Origin: Nitrospinaceae bacterium UBA7883
Lineage (GTDB): Bacteria; Nitrospinota_A; UBA7883
DNA: 64,000 nucleotides
Assembly: GCA_002500605.1 (NCBI GenBank)
Contig: DLRR01000002.1
Span: forward strand, 74,299 to 138,298
Direction: 5' to 3'
In this document: in pieces, positions 19,935-29,735 of the stretch
How positions within the stretch are numbered: the stretch's first letter is position 1
Layout of the letters: each line of letters opens with the position of its first letter
Made by a program: the position numbers and the translations under genes
The notes under the pieces: generated by a model
What the model saw: only the letters and a program-made list of their open reading frames with translations
Told to the model about the DNA's origin: nothing
Database searches by the model: none

Positions 19935-20861
19935 TCACAACCCAACCGAAGCCAACATAGCCCGTTGAACCATTTCTGCACCCCATGCGCCAAGCCTAGA
20001 TATCTCCATGCTACGCTCTCCCAAACTTACTACAAAAATGATATCACCGTCATAAGGTGTATGTGAAGGTGACACAGTTCTAGCAATACCATCGTGAGCC
20101 ATTATGGCCAATCTTTGGGCTTGTGCTTTTGTTAATGCCGCATCAGTGACGACCACCCCAATCGCTGTTGATCCAAATTCTGGAGGGGTGGATTGTATGT
20201 CAAGAAATGGCAAGTGACTTCCTTCTTCATTTTTCGGTCCAGCCACAATAGCGCCGGTTGCAGGGTCTATTATGCAGCCATAACAATTGGATACCATCAG
20301 GGCACCAATAGCAACTCCATTGTCTACAACAGAGCTTACAGAACCAATACCACCAGGAGAATTATATTCATAACCTATATATTTTCCAATGGTTGCTCCA
20401 CACCCAGCCCCAACTGCCCCGCATAAGTCTTCCTGGTTTTCGCTGTCTAGACAAGCAAGGTATCCTTCTCTTGCACCAGGTCGTACTCTTCCATCCCCAT
20501 TCGCTAAATCAAAAATAACAGCACCTGGTACGACTGGCACAAAGTGGCTACCAACTTTAAACCCCCTCTCATGCTTTTCTAAATAATCTTTTATTCCAGT
20601 GGCCGCGGCAAGACCATATGACGAGCCGCCTGAAAGCAATATTGCATCAACGCCATTGATAAGACATGACGGGTTTAATAGATCAGTCTCATGTGATCCA
20701 GGGGCACCTCCTGATACATGACATGAAGCAGTGCATGACCTATCAAACAGCACTACACTACACCCTGTTTTTGCTCTTTTCTCAGACCAATGTCCAACTC
20801 TGACCCCGGAAATTGCAGATATAGGAGGTTGGGAAGTATTATTTTTCATTTCTAATAACAA
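19935..20861 (-). CDS. P1/S58 family peptidase (DmpA-like L-aminopeptidase/D-esterase)
   Basis: Ntn-hydrolase DmpA/ArgJ-like fold signature: 'GVRVGHW...GCSVVL', glycine-rich segments and the self-processing region 'GS'. Confidence 0.7.
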   Translation of the reverse strand: MLLEMKNNTSQPPISAISGVRVGHWSEKRAKTGCSVVLFDRSCTASCHVSGGAPGSHETDLLNPSCLINGVDAILLSGGSSYGLAAATGIKDYLEKHERGFKVGSHFVPVVPGAVIFDLANGDGRVRPGAREGYLACLDSENQEDLCGAVGAGCGATIGKYIGYEYNSPGGIGSVSSVVDNGVAIGALMVSNCYGCIIDPATGAIVAGPKNEEGSHLPFLDIQSTPPEFGSTAIGVVVTDAALTKAQAQRLAIMAHDGIARTVSPSHTPYDGDIIFVVSLGERSMEISRLGAWGAEMVQRAMLASVGL

Positions 20862-20931
20862 TAACAGAGATAAATGATGTTTACTTGAGTAATGTGTAAA
20901 TCGTATTTTTTATAAAAGTCTTTCTGTAATT

Positions 20932-21918
20932 CTAGTGCTTTTTTTTCTTAATTTGATAGATTTTAACTGCTTTATTGTGCTCTTTAAGTGTTCGGGAAAA
21001 AAAGTGCTCTCCATTATTTTTTGAAACAAAATAATGGTAATCAACATTCGCTGGCTCATGAGCTGCCAAAATAGAGCCCAGTCCTGGGTTGGATATTGGA
21101 CCGGGGGGCAACCCTTTGTACAAATAAGTATTATAGGGAGAATTGTAGGATAAGTCTTTTTTGCGGATGTTGCCTTTAAAGTTTGGCAATGCATAAATAA
21201 CAGTTGGGTCAGACTGGAGAGGAATGTTTTTTTCCAACCTTAAGTTGAATACGGCCGAAATCAATTTTCTCTCGTATTTTTTACTGCTCTCCTTTTCTAT
21301 AATCGAAGCCAAAGTCACAATTTGGTGTAACTTTTCAGGATCATTGGCGATACTTTTTGGCAAGTGATCTTCAACTTTTTTAAAAAATTGATCCACCATG
21401 GATACAACAACTGTCTTCGCAGTTACATTCCGGGCAAAACTATAGGTTTCTGGGAATAGATAGCCTTCGAGGCTATCCGTTGCAATTACCCACTTACGGG
21501 AAGTCAACATCTCACGGCAAGCGTTGTAAAAATCTTCAGCTTCAATCACGTTCGCATCTTGCATGCGAATACCAATCTCCGCCAAAGTCAACCCTTCAGG
21601 TATGGTGATTTTGTATAGCAAAGACTTTCCTTCTTCCAGGATTTTAATGATGTCCATTACAGAAAGATTTTTTGCTATCTTATACTCTCCTGCTTTGATA
21701 GAAGAACGAAATAAGCGCGCTACAAACTCGAACGCTATGGAACTTTTTATAATTTCAGCCTTCTCCAACATGATGGCAGCGCTTCTCGTTGTTTCCCCTG
21801 TCTTTATTGTGACTACAGCAAAACCTTGGTTATCTTTTGCAGTGTTAAGAGAGTAATATGCAGCGCATAGAAAAAAGGTTAGCAAAGATATAACGAGAAG
21901 GCCTATAGAGCGAATCAT
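20932..21918 (-). CDS. mltG: Endolytic murein transglycosylase MltG (YceG-like)
   Basis: N-terminal TM helix and the YceG domain with conserved 'LQSDPTVIY' and 'GLPPGPISNPG'. Confidence 0.85.
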   Translation of the reverse strand: MIRSIGLLVISLLTFFLCAAYYSLNTAKDNQGFAVVTIKTGETTRSAAIMLEKAEIIKSSIAFEFVARLFRSSIKAGEYKIAKNLSVMDIIKILEEGKSLLYKITIPEGLTLAEIGIRMQDANVIEAEDFYNACREMLTSRKWVIATDSLEGYLFPETYSFARNVTAKTVVVSMVDQFFKKVEDHLPKSIANDPEKLHQIVTLASIIEKESSKKYERKLISAVFNLRLEKNIPLQSDPTVIYALPNFKGNIRKKDLSYNSPYNTYLYKGLPPGPISNPGLGSILAAHEPANVDYHYFVSKNNGEHFFSRTLKEHNKAVKIYQIKKKKH

Positions 21919-22349
21919 TTTATAACTATTCCACCACTACCACCCGTAGAAAGCCAACCTGTGAGAATTAACTGGGCAGAAACCTGATCGATTTTTTTCT
22001 TTCTTTTTTTCCGTGAAGTACCGGTTTCAATCAGTATCTTTTCCGCTTCGATTGATGTCATGCGTTCGTCGAACAACACAACCTTCAGATTCAAGTCGTT
22101 TGCAAACTTGTGTGCAATGGATTCACAAGCTTTCGCCTTTTCCCCGGCACTTCCATCCATGTTTAACGGATACCCAATTACAATTCGCTCTATAGTATAG
22201 TTCTCCATTAGTTTACGAACCCAAGCTAAGTCGGACTTGTATCCTGTCCGTTCGTTGAAGCCAACTGGTTGAGCAGTAATGCCAAGATTGTCAGTTACAG
22301 CAGCGCCTGTTCTTTTCTCACCTAGGTCAAGTGCAAGCGTCCTCCCCAA
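21915..22349 (-). CDS. ruvX: Holliday junction resolvase-like RuvX (YqgF)
   Basis: 'ALDLGEKRTGAAV' RNaseH-fold start. It lies in the typical ruvX-mltG arrangement. Confidence 0.85.
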   Translation of the reverse strand: MGRTLALDLGEKRTGAAVTDNLGITAQPVGFNERTGYKSDLAWVRKLMENYTIERIVIGYPLNMDGSAGEKAKACESIAHKFANDLNLKVVLFDERMTSIEAEKILIETGTSRKKRKKKIDQVSAQLILTGWLSTGGSGGIVIK

Positions 22350-22353
22350 GTTT

Positions 22354-24411
22354 TTACTCCTGCACTTCTGTAATCATTTTGATAGACTTGTACAAGGCAT
22401 CAAGCATACTTTCCATCTGCAAAATAGTAGCTGCAGGTGCTGGGAAAAAAACCATTACATTTCCAAGAGGTCGGACAATGACCCCCATTCTTTTAGCTTC
22501 AATAGATACCCGTACGCCTATTTGTTGGCTCCAGCCATATGGTTTTTTAGTTTTCTTATCTTCAACCAACTCGATTCCAATAATTAGACCGCGTTGGCGT
22601 ATTTCTCCTACATGCAGAAGGTCCTCAAAACGAGCGAGCATATCAGACACCCTTGCACTTTTTTCTTGTATCTCTTCGATTGTTCTGCGTTCTTCCATGA
22701 TCTTTAAATTCTCTAGGGAAACTGCACATCCAAGCTGGTTTGCAGTATAGGTATGGCCATGGAAAAAAGTTTTTTCCTCTTCATAATCGCCTAAAAAGGC
22801 TTCAAATAGTTTTGAGCTTGCTATTGTTGCAGCAAATGGTAGCGTGCCTCCAGTAATCGATTTGGATAGTGTCATTATATCTGGGGTTACATCCTCATGC
22901 TCACAAGCAAACATTCGACCAGTTCTACCAAACCCAGTAGCCACTTCGTCGGCAATAAACAATACATCGTTTTCTTGGCAGATCTCGTAAGCTTTCTGGA
23001 GATATCCGTGCGGTGCAGTGATAATCCCCGCAGGACACTGAACTAGAGGTTCGATGATCATTGCAACCACGCGATCTTTATTTTCCTTAATTGTTTGATC
23101 GATAAATTCGGTGCACTCTAAACCGCAACTGGGAAACTCTTTTTCTATAGGGCAACGATAACAGTAGGGAGATGGAACGTTTAGCGATTTAAATAAGAGA
23201 TTATGAAATGTGGAGTGGTATTGATCTATCCCACCCACAGACACGGCGCCGATGGTATCTCCGTGATAGGCATTACGCACAGATATGAATAGATCACGTT
23301 TTGTGTTCGCTTCAATGTGTCGCCAATATTGGTAACCCATTTTCAGCGCTGCCTCCACTGCAGTGGAACCATCATCAGAATAAAAGACCCTATCCAAGCC
23401 TTTAGGTGTTATTTCTACCAGTTTTTCAGCAAGGTCAATTGCCACAGTATTGGAAAGGCCAAGATATGTAGAATGGGATATTTTATTCAGTTGTCGTATT
23501 ATTGAATCATTCAACCTTCTATCAACGTGGCCATGCATATTGCACCAGTAACTAGAGTGTCCATCCAAAAACTCTATTCCATTGATATCCTTGAGTGTTA
23601 CCCCACGGCCAGATTCAATTACTGTTACTGTTCCATCCATCCACCCTTTCATCTGGGTGAAGGGATGCCATGTGTACTTTTTATCACGTTCTTCATATGA
23701 CCTTTTTTTTACACCCTGTTTTTTCATGCTACCAGAAATGATCTTCAATAATTGTTTTAGATCAATACACGAACGTACATGAGAAACAAGACGATTTGGA
23801 TCAAGTGCGGCTGCATAAGAAACAAGACCAAGGACATCTGTTTCACATTTTTGCTGAATAAGGTTGAAATCAGGCACTGGAAATTTATGGTTTTTCCATT
23901 GGTTAAAAACTATTCCAAGTATATCCATGCCAACTGCCTGAGCAGTAAAAGTTGTTTGTATGGTATGGTTAATACAACCAAGATATGGGTGAGCGACCAG
24001 CAAACTTGGAAACCCTAGCATAATAGCAAGGTCAATCATATAGAGGTCTCGGGTGATGGGAACCATAAGGCCACCCGCCCCTTCAACCAAAACAAGCTCA
24101 TGCTTTGCGGCTAGGGTTGTGCAAGCATCTGTGATTACTTCAACATCAATTGTCTTATTTTCTGCATTGGCAGCATGATATGGAGAAAGAGGAGCTTTAA
24201 ACAAATAAGGGTTAACCAACTCCATTGGGTCATCTAGACCGGTAGTATCTAGCATGAACCTGGCGTCCTCAGACTCACCATCACAGCCAGATTGAACTGG
24301 CTTCATAACACCAACATCGATACCCTCCTCGCGTAAGATAGCTGCAAAAGCTGCTGTAATTACAGTTTTACCAACACCAGTATCTGTCGCCGTAATGAAT
24401 AAACCCTTCAT
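22354..24411 (-). CDS. Bifunctional dethiobiotin synthase / adenosylmethionine-8-amino-7-oxononanoate aminotransferase (BioD-BioA fusion)
   Basis: The N-terminal ~225 aa form the BioD P-loop ('TDTGVGKT'). The C-terminal ~450 aa form a class III aminotransferase with the BioA-like start '..YTWHPFTQM'. The 685 aa ORF is uninterrupted. Confidence 0.8.
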   Translation of the reverse strand: MKGLFITATDTGVGKTVITAAFAAILREEGIDVGVMKPVQSGCDGESEDARFMLDTTGLDDPMELVNPYLFKAPLSPYHAANAENKTIDVEVITDACTTLAAKHELVLVEGAGGLMVPITRDLYMIDLAIMLGFPSLLVAHPYLGCINHTIQTTFTAQAVGMDILGIVFNQWKNHKFPVPDFNLIQQKCETDVLGLVSYAAALDPNRLVSHVRSCIDLKQLLKIISGSMKKQGVKKRSYEERDKKYTWHPFTQMKGWMDGTVTVIESGRGVTLKDINGIEFLDGHSSYWCNMHGHVDRRLNDSIIRQLNKISHSTYLGLSNTVAIDLAEKLVEITPKGLDRVFYSDDGSTAVEAALKMGYQYWRHIEANTKRDLFISVRNAYHGDTIGAVSVGGIDQYHSTFHNLLFKSLNVPSPYCYRCPIEKEFPSCGLECTEFIDQTIKENKDRVVAMIIEPLVQCPAGIITAPHGYLQKAYEICQENDVLFIADEVATGFGRTGRMFACEHEDVTPDIMTLSKSITGGTLPFAATIASSKLFEAFLGDYEEEKTFFHGHTYTANQLGCAVSLENLKIMEERRTIEEIQEKSARVSDMLARFEDLLHVGEIRQRGLIIGIELVEDKKTKKPYGWSQQIGVRVSIEAKRMGVIVRPLGNVMVFFPAPAATILQMESMLDALYKSIKMITEVQE

Positions 24412-24446
24412 ATCATTAATTTTCTTTTATTTAAATTTAATCTAAT

Positions 24447-25256
24447 TTATTGCCGTTCAGCATCTATATATAGCACCTGATAAGTAGCTATAACTCCACC
24501 TTCCAATGAAAATCTCCGATGATATTCTTCTTCCATTCGAAACATTATTTCCCTTCTGCCCAAACCGAAAGATGAAAAACCATTGCTGTTTTGGGCACCA
24601 ACCTGTTTAAGGGTTTTAAGGAAATGCCTGAAACTTGTATATTTTTTTTTATACGCTTTACACTTCACAGTCCCAGACATACCACAGGCTTCAACGATTT
24701 TTTTCAACTCTTCTAACTCCACGAATTCATAAAAAACATTGTCAAGCTTAGTTTTGCCCTCAGGCCATGCTGCAGAGAACGCCTCTTTCAATTCAATAAA
24801 TGTCCCGTGTCCTAGTGTAGCGCATACGAACCGACCGTCTCTTTTTAGTATCTGCCCTATTGCTTGTAAGGCAACATATAGATCATCAACCCACTGCAAC
24901 GCCATACTCGACACCACTAAATCTATAGAACCGCTTTGAATTGGTAAATCCTCTACGTCAGCCAGAATAGGGAGGAGGTTACTTGATCCACCATGCCTTC
25001 TAGAAGTGAGTTCTAGCATTCCTTCAGATATATCACATGCGATAACTTTATTAAATATTTTTAACTTTACAAGTTCCATGGTTATCTCTCCTGTTCCACA
25101 TCCTATATCAAGTGCAATGCCACCTCCTCTACACTCGGTAATAACTCGCTGTGTTACGACCTTACCTATTTCAGACTGGAAATCAGCATATCTGTCATAT
25201 AGGAGAGAAGCCTTATCAAAGGATCTACGGATCTTTTGCTTGGAATTTGAGTTCAA
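24447..25256 (-). CDS. bioC: Malonyl-ACP O-methyltransferase BioC (class I SAM MTase)
   Basis: SAM-binding 'LDIGCGTGE' motif. It sits between bioH and bioD/A. Confidence 0.7.
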   Translation of the reverse strand: MNSNSKQKIRRSFDKASLLYDRYADFQSEIGKVVTQRVITECRGGGIALDIGCGTGEITMELVKLKIFNKVIACDISEGMLELTSRRHGGSSNLLPILADVEDLPIQSGSIDLVVSSMALQWVDDLYVALQAIGQILKRDGRFVCATLGHGTFIELKEAFSAAWPEGKTKLDNVFYEFVELEELKKIVEACGMSGTVKCKAYKKKYTSFRHFLKTLKQVGAQNSNGFSSFGLGRREIMFRMEEEYHRRFSLEGGVIATYQVLYIDAERQ

Positions 25257-25284
25257 AGCGAGCTCTCTATTTTTTTAGTATGAA

Positions 25285-26073
25285 TCACAGTCTGCCTAAA
25301 AACTGTGAAATTTCCTGAGCCAGTTCCCGAGGCCTGGTAAGATGTGGTGCATGGCCACAACCTGGTAATGTAACTCGACTGATTCTTGGAAATAGGGCAT
25401 CCCACAGTTTCTGCCCTCCAGTTGGACAAATTTTATCTAGAGCTCCATGTATTAGCAATACGGGGCAATTATTATCGGTGAAGTTTTGGGAAGTAAGGTC
25501 TATTTTTTCCAGCTCATCAAGTGTCTGCATCAAGACATCGGTCGGGGGTGGAAATGGATCAGCAACTAAAAGTGATTCAATTTGTTTTGTTTGCTGTCCA
25601 TCAATAATTTCCCCGGCATCAAAAAGAGTGTATATAAACTCGCGAAGCGCTTCATTTGAGTTGGAACTGATAGATCTCCTCATTTTCTTCAGCGCTACGC
25701 GGCTTTGCCCATAACCTAAGCCTGTTCCCCCTTCCTCTGCAAATCTTGCGGGCGCACAAATAAGTATTAATGATCTCGGGCTAGGTTTCAACCCGTCAAG
25801 CAAATATTTTGCGGCTATCGAACCTCCCATAGACCATCCAAGTAAATGAAACCCGTCGGAAAGCTCATTCGCTGTAAACCTCTGGATATCTTTTACATAT
25901 CGATCGTAGGTATACGGGCCCCTACAACTCATCGCGTCGCCATGACCTGGTAAGTCAAAAGCATAGGCCCGATATAAGTTAGGCAACTCCGCACGCAAGA
26001 GCTTAAACACAGATTTGCTATGGCCCCAACCGTGAATCATTAGCAATGGCAGTGGTGCTTTTCTTACACTCAT
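25285..26073 (-). CDS. bioH: Pimeloyl-ACP methyl ester esterase BioH-like alpha/beta hydrolase
   Basis: 'LLMIHGWGHS' and 'GWSMGG' nucleophile elbow, in bio operon context. Confidence 0.65.
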   Translation of the reverse strand: MSVRKAPLPLLMIHGWGHSKSVFKLLRAELPNLYRAYAFDLPGHGDAMSCRGPYTYDRYVKDIQRFTANELSDGFHLLGWSMGGSIAAKYLLDGLKPSPRSLILICAPARFAEEGGTGLGYGQSRVALKKMRRSISSNSNEALREFIYTLFDAGEIIDGQQTKQIESLLVADPFPPPTDVLMQTLDELEKIDLTSQNFTDNNCPVLLIHGALDKICPTGGQKLWDALFPRISRVTLPGCGHAPHLTRPRELAQEISQFLGRL

Positions 26074-26197
26074 CTACTTTAGAGAAGGTCGGATGAAGTG
26101 AGTCATATCTCATATTCCTTGCGCATACCTTATCCCAAGGTGTATCTTTAAAAATCTAACTCTGTAGTAACGACTCAAGCAAAAAGCTAATATTTAC

Positions 26198-27322
26198 ATG
26201 AAAGTAGATTTTTTTAGACATAATATCACCTCTGCTGAGAGAAAGGCACTCGATAAAACGCTGCGTGGATTGTTCATTTCTACGGGTGACGAAGTGGCTA
26301 CCTTCGAGACTAAATTCGCCAATTACACTGCTGCACCATATGCTGTAGGAGTAACTAGTGCCACAGCTGGGTTACATTTAGCATTAGAATCCCTAGGCAT
26401 AGGACGAGGCGACGAAGTTATAACCTCCCCAATGTCTTTTATTGCCACATCAAACTCAATCCTGCATGCCGGAGCCACTCCAAAGTTTGTGGATGTGGAG
26501 CCAGACACCGGAAACATTGACGTAGCAAACATTGAAAAGGCGATTACAAAAAAAACAAAGGCAATTATGCCAGTGCACCTTTATGGACAATTATGTGACA
26601 TGAAATCCATCTCCGCCATTGCCAAATCAGCCAAATTGAGGATAATCGAAGATGCAGCACATGCTGTTGAGGCAACACGGGATGGCATAAAAGTTGGCCA
26701 ACTTTCTGATGCAGCGGCCTTTTCTTTTTATGCCACCAAAAACATGACTTCTGGAGAGGGCGGTGCTATCACTGTTCGCTCAAAACGGGTGCGTAACATA
26801 CTAAGACAGTCAAGAAGTCACGGCATGACCAAAGACGCAGCATCGAGATATCAAAAAAAGTTTCAGCATTATGACATGAAGTTTTGTGGCTGGAAATATA
26901 ACATGTCCAACATACAGGCGGCACTTCTGCTTCCGCAATTGGAAAGGGTTGAAAAGAATCTCAGACTCCGGCAAAAAGCATGGGATGTCTATCTAAAACA
27001 CCTCAGTGATGTTCCAAAAATTGGACTACCCAAAATAGTGGCCGGATCTCGTTCTGCACTACACTTATTTACGGTATGGGTTTCCCCAAAGAAACGAAAT
27101 AGTATACTTACTGAATTGGAAAGCGCAGGTATTGGTGTTGCCATTAACTTTCGACCAATACACCTAATGAGCTTTTACAGAAAAAGGTTTGGATTCCGGA
27201 AAGGAGACTTCCCTGTTGCTGAAAATATTGGGAACAAAGTTATAACTCTTCCACTCTATCCAACACTTAAACCAGGTCAGATCAAATATGTCTGCGACAC
27301 TTTAAAAAGCCTGCTTGGCTAA
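26198..27322 (+). CDS. DegT/DnrJ/EryC1/StrS-family PLP-dependent sugar aminotransferase
   Basis: 'SFYATKNMTSGEGGAI' carries the PLP-lysine motif diagnostic of the DegT family. Confidence 0.85.
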   Translation: MKVDFFRHNITSAERKALDKTLRGLFISTGDEVATFETKFANYTAAPYAVGVTSATAGLHLALESLGIGRGDEVITSPMSFIATSNSILHAGATPKFVDVEPDTGNIDVANIEKAITKKTKAIMPVHLYGQLCDMKSISAIAKSAKLRIIEDAAHAVEATRDGIKVGQLSDAAAFSFYATKNMTSGEGGAITVRSKRVRNILRQSRSHGMTKDAASRYQKKFQHYDMKFCGWKYNMSNIQAALLLPQLERVEKNLRLRQKAWDVYLKHLSDVPKIGLPKIVAGSRSALHLFTVWVSPKKRNSILTELESAGIGVAINFRPIHLMSFYRKRFGFRKGDFPVAENIGNKVITLPLYPTLKPGQIKYVCDTLKSLLG

Positions 27323-27788
27323 ATTTAGGATAACTACAAATATGGATAATACGGATAAACAAATACTTAATATGATTCAGACCGGGTTTCCGGTTGTTGC
27401 TGAGCCCTATGTGGCTATTGGCAGGAGTGTTGGAATATCAGAGGAGGAAGCCTACCAACGAGTTATGGAATTGATGGAATCTGGCATTATAAGAAGACTT
27501 GGAGCAAGCTTTGACTCACGTGGACTAGGATGGACATCGACCTTATGCACAATGTGTATCCCACCTGAGAAAATCGAAAAATGTGCGTCTGTTGTCAGCG
27601 AACATCCAGGTGTAACCCATAATTATGAAAGAGACCACAAGTTCAACTTATGGTTTACCTATATAGCACCGGACAAAGATACAGTAAGTAAAACGCTCAA
27701 AGAAATTGAGAGTAAAACTGGATATAAAGTCTATAACTTGCCGATGATCAAAAAGTTTAAAATTAAGGTTGATTTTCAGTTCGATTAA
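27315..27788 (+). CDS. Siroheme decarboxylase subunit (AhbA/NirD-L-G-H family, Lrp/AsnC-like)
   Basis: 157 aa with an N-terminal wHTH 'DKQILNMIQTGFPVVAEPYVAIGRSVGISEEEAYQRV' and a C-terminal RAM-like half. It is paired with a paralog immediately downstream. Confidence 0.7.
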   Translation: MAKFRITTNMDNTDKQILNMIQTGFPVVAEPYVAIGRSVGISEEEAYQRVMELMESGIIRRLGASFDSRGLGWTSTLCTMCIPPEKIEKCASVVSEHPGVTHNYERDHKFNLWFTYIAPDKDTVSKTLKEIESKTGYKVYNLPMIKKFKIKVDFQFD

Positions 27789-27805
27789 ATACGGAAGGCA
27801 GGGAA

Positions 27806-28303
27806 ATGAAAAAAGAGATAAATGCAGCCGATGTTAAGTTGATGACAGAACTGCAAGGAAGCATACCCATGAGCAAAAGACCATTCAAAGAAATTGCCAA
27901 TAAATTAAAGATGACTGAGGATGAAGTTGTCGAAAAAGTTCAGAGTTACGGAAATAAGAAGTATTATCGGAGGTTTGGTGCCACACTCCGCCATCAGAAA
28001 GCTGGGTTTAAAGCAAATGGCATGGTGATATGGTCTGTGCCAGATGAGAGCATGCGTACCAAGATAGGCGAGCGACTTGCATCGCACCGGGAAGTAAGCC
28101 ACGGATATGAGCGGCCATCGTTTGATGAATGGCCATACCACATATACACCATGGTTCATGGTGAAACAGAAGCTGAGGTTAGGGGAATCGCAAAACAGAT
28201 GTCTGCCGAAGTAGGAATTACAGACTACGACGTACTTTTCTCTACCCGCGAGTTCAAAAAAACCAGTATGCGGTATTTCGATAACTGGCCAGTATGCGAA
28301 TAG
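27806..28303 (+). CDS. Siroheme decarboxylase subunit (AhbB/NirD-L-G-H family)
   Basis: 165 aa paralog of the preceding gene ('KLMTELQGSIPMSKRPFKEIANKLKMTEDEVVEKV'). Confidence 0.7.
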   Translation: MKKEINAADVKLMTELQGSIPMSKRPFKEIANKLKMTEDEVVEKVQSYGNKKYYRRFGATLRHQKAGFKANGMVIWSVPDESMRTKIGERLASHREVSHGYERPSFDEWPYHIYTMVHGETEAEVRGIAKQMSAEVGITDYDVLFSTREFKKTSMRYFDNWPVCE

Positions 28304-28411
28304 ATAATCCTAAGAAACACAAGGTTGAATGAGAACATGAAAAAGTGGCTTTAATGGGCTGCTTGTACTGTGGGTAATAGATAAGTAAGATTTCCCACAA
28401 ACTTTTAACCA

Positions 28412-29356
28412 TTGATGGAGAAAAAACAAATGAGCCTTGTTGTTGTTGGCACAATGGCATATGACACGGTTAAAACTCCCTTTGGAAAACGGCAATCCGC
28501 TCTTGGCGGATCGGCCACCTATTTTTCCATATCTGCTAGTTTTTTTACTCAAGTGAACCTTGTTGCTGTAATCGGTGAGGACTTTAGTAATGATCACTTG
28601 AGCATGCTGAAACAGAAAAACATAAATACAGATGGTGTACAGCAAATGGACGGGAAAACCTTCCATTGGTCAGGGGAATATGGGGATAAATTAAACGAAG
28701 CAAATACCTTAGCTACTGATCTAAATGTACTAGAGCGATTCGATCCCGTACTTCCAGATTCTTACTTGGATAGCGAGTACCTATTTCTGGCTAACATCGA
28801 CCCTGTTCTGCAGATCAAGGTATTAGACCAAATGAAGAACCCGCGCTTGGTAGCTTGCGATACTATGAATTTCTGGATTGAAGGCTCAATCAATAACTTA
28901 AAAAAGACCCTAGAGCGAGTGGATATACTAATAATTAATGACGGAGAAGCTCGAATGTTAGCCAAAACGCCAAACTTGGTAAAGGCAGCTAGGGAGATAC
29001 GAACTATGGGACCAGATACCATTGTAATCAAGCAGGGCGAGTATGGGGCTTTGTTGTTTTATGAAGATACGATTTTTTCAGCCCCTGCCTTCCCACTGGA
29101 AAAAGTAAATGACCCAACTGGAGCTGGTGACACTTTCGCAGGTGGGTTAATGGGGCATATAGCTAAAATGAATGAAAAAGAACTAAGCAATACACTGTTA
29201 CGTCAGGCAATTATTATGGGGAGTGTTATGGCCTCTTACACAGTGGAGGAATTCAGTGTTGATCGCCTAGAAAAATTAAAACCTGAAATGATCGTCGATC
29301 GATTTCGCCAATTCGATCATCTAACCAGTTTCGAAGGTCTGAGCAGCGAAGTTTAG
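28412..29356 (+). CDS. PfkB-family carbohydrate/nucleoside kinase
   Basis: 'DPTGAGDTFAGG' ribokinase-family anion-hole motif. 314 aa. Confidence 0.75.
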   Translation: MMEKKQMSLVVVGTMAYDTVKTPFGKRQSALGGSATYFSISASFFTQVNLVAVIGEDFSNDHLSMLKQKNINTDGVQQMDGKTFHWSGEYGDKLNEANTLATDLNVLERFDPVLPDSYLDSEYLFLANIDPVLQIKVLDQMKNPRLVACDTMNFWIEGSINNLKKTLERVDILIINDGEARMLAKTPNLVKAAREIRTMGPDTIVIKQGEYGALLFYEDTIFSAPAFPLEKVNDPTGAGDTFAGGLMGHIAKMNEKELSNTLLRQAIIMGSVMASYTVEEFSVDRLEKLKPEMIVDRFRQFDHLTSFEGLSSEV

Positions 29357-29362
29357 TAGCGC

Positions 29363-29722
29363 ATGAGAAAAGTTAATAGCGAAAACAAAGTAGAGTCAAT
29401 TAGAACTCTTATAATGTTATCTGTAATGTTTCCTGGAGCAGGTCAAGTGGCAAATGGGGATACTGTAAAAGGTGTTATTACTATTGCAATCTCAGCTCTT
29501 TTGTTTGTCGACATTATTGTTCACTCTTTCATCATTACATATCCTCTTTTTGGAATGTGGTTAGCTGGAAAAACACCGATTATAGACGAAAAAACTTTAA
29601 TGCCTTTAAGAACATTACTTGTTGTAATTACCATAGCTCTGGTTATTTGGGTTTGGGCATTAGTCGACACAGTCATTGTTGGGAAAAAACGATTGGCTGA
29701 AAGTTTTATTGAAGGTAATTAG
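29363..29722 (+). CDS. Hypothetical small membrane protein (3 TM)
   Basis: Hydrophobic 119 aa ORF tightly packed between the PfkB kinase and rsmD. No family recognised. Confidence 0.4.
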   Translation: MRKVNSENKVESIRTLIMLSVMFPGAGQVANGDTVKGVITIAISALLFVDIIVHSFIITYPLFGMWLAGKTPIIDEKTLMPLRTLLVVITIALVIWVWALVDTVIVGKKRLAESFIEGN

Positions 29723-29735
29723 TCATGAGTAGGCA

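Noticed and set aside
26198-27322. DegT-family aminotransferase as the missing bioF of the adjacent bio operon
   Set aside because: The DegT/DnrJ/EryC1 fold and motif ('ATKNMTSGEGG') are those of sugar aminotransferases, not of 8-amino-7-oxononanoate synthase (AONS/KBL family).
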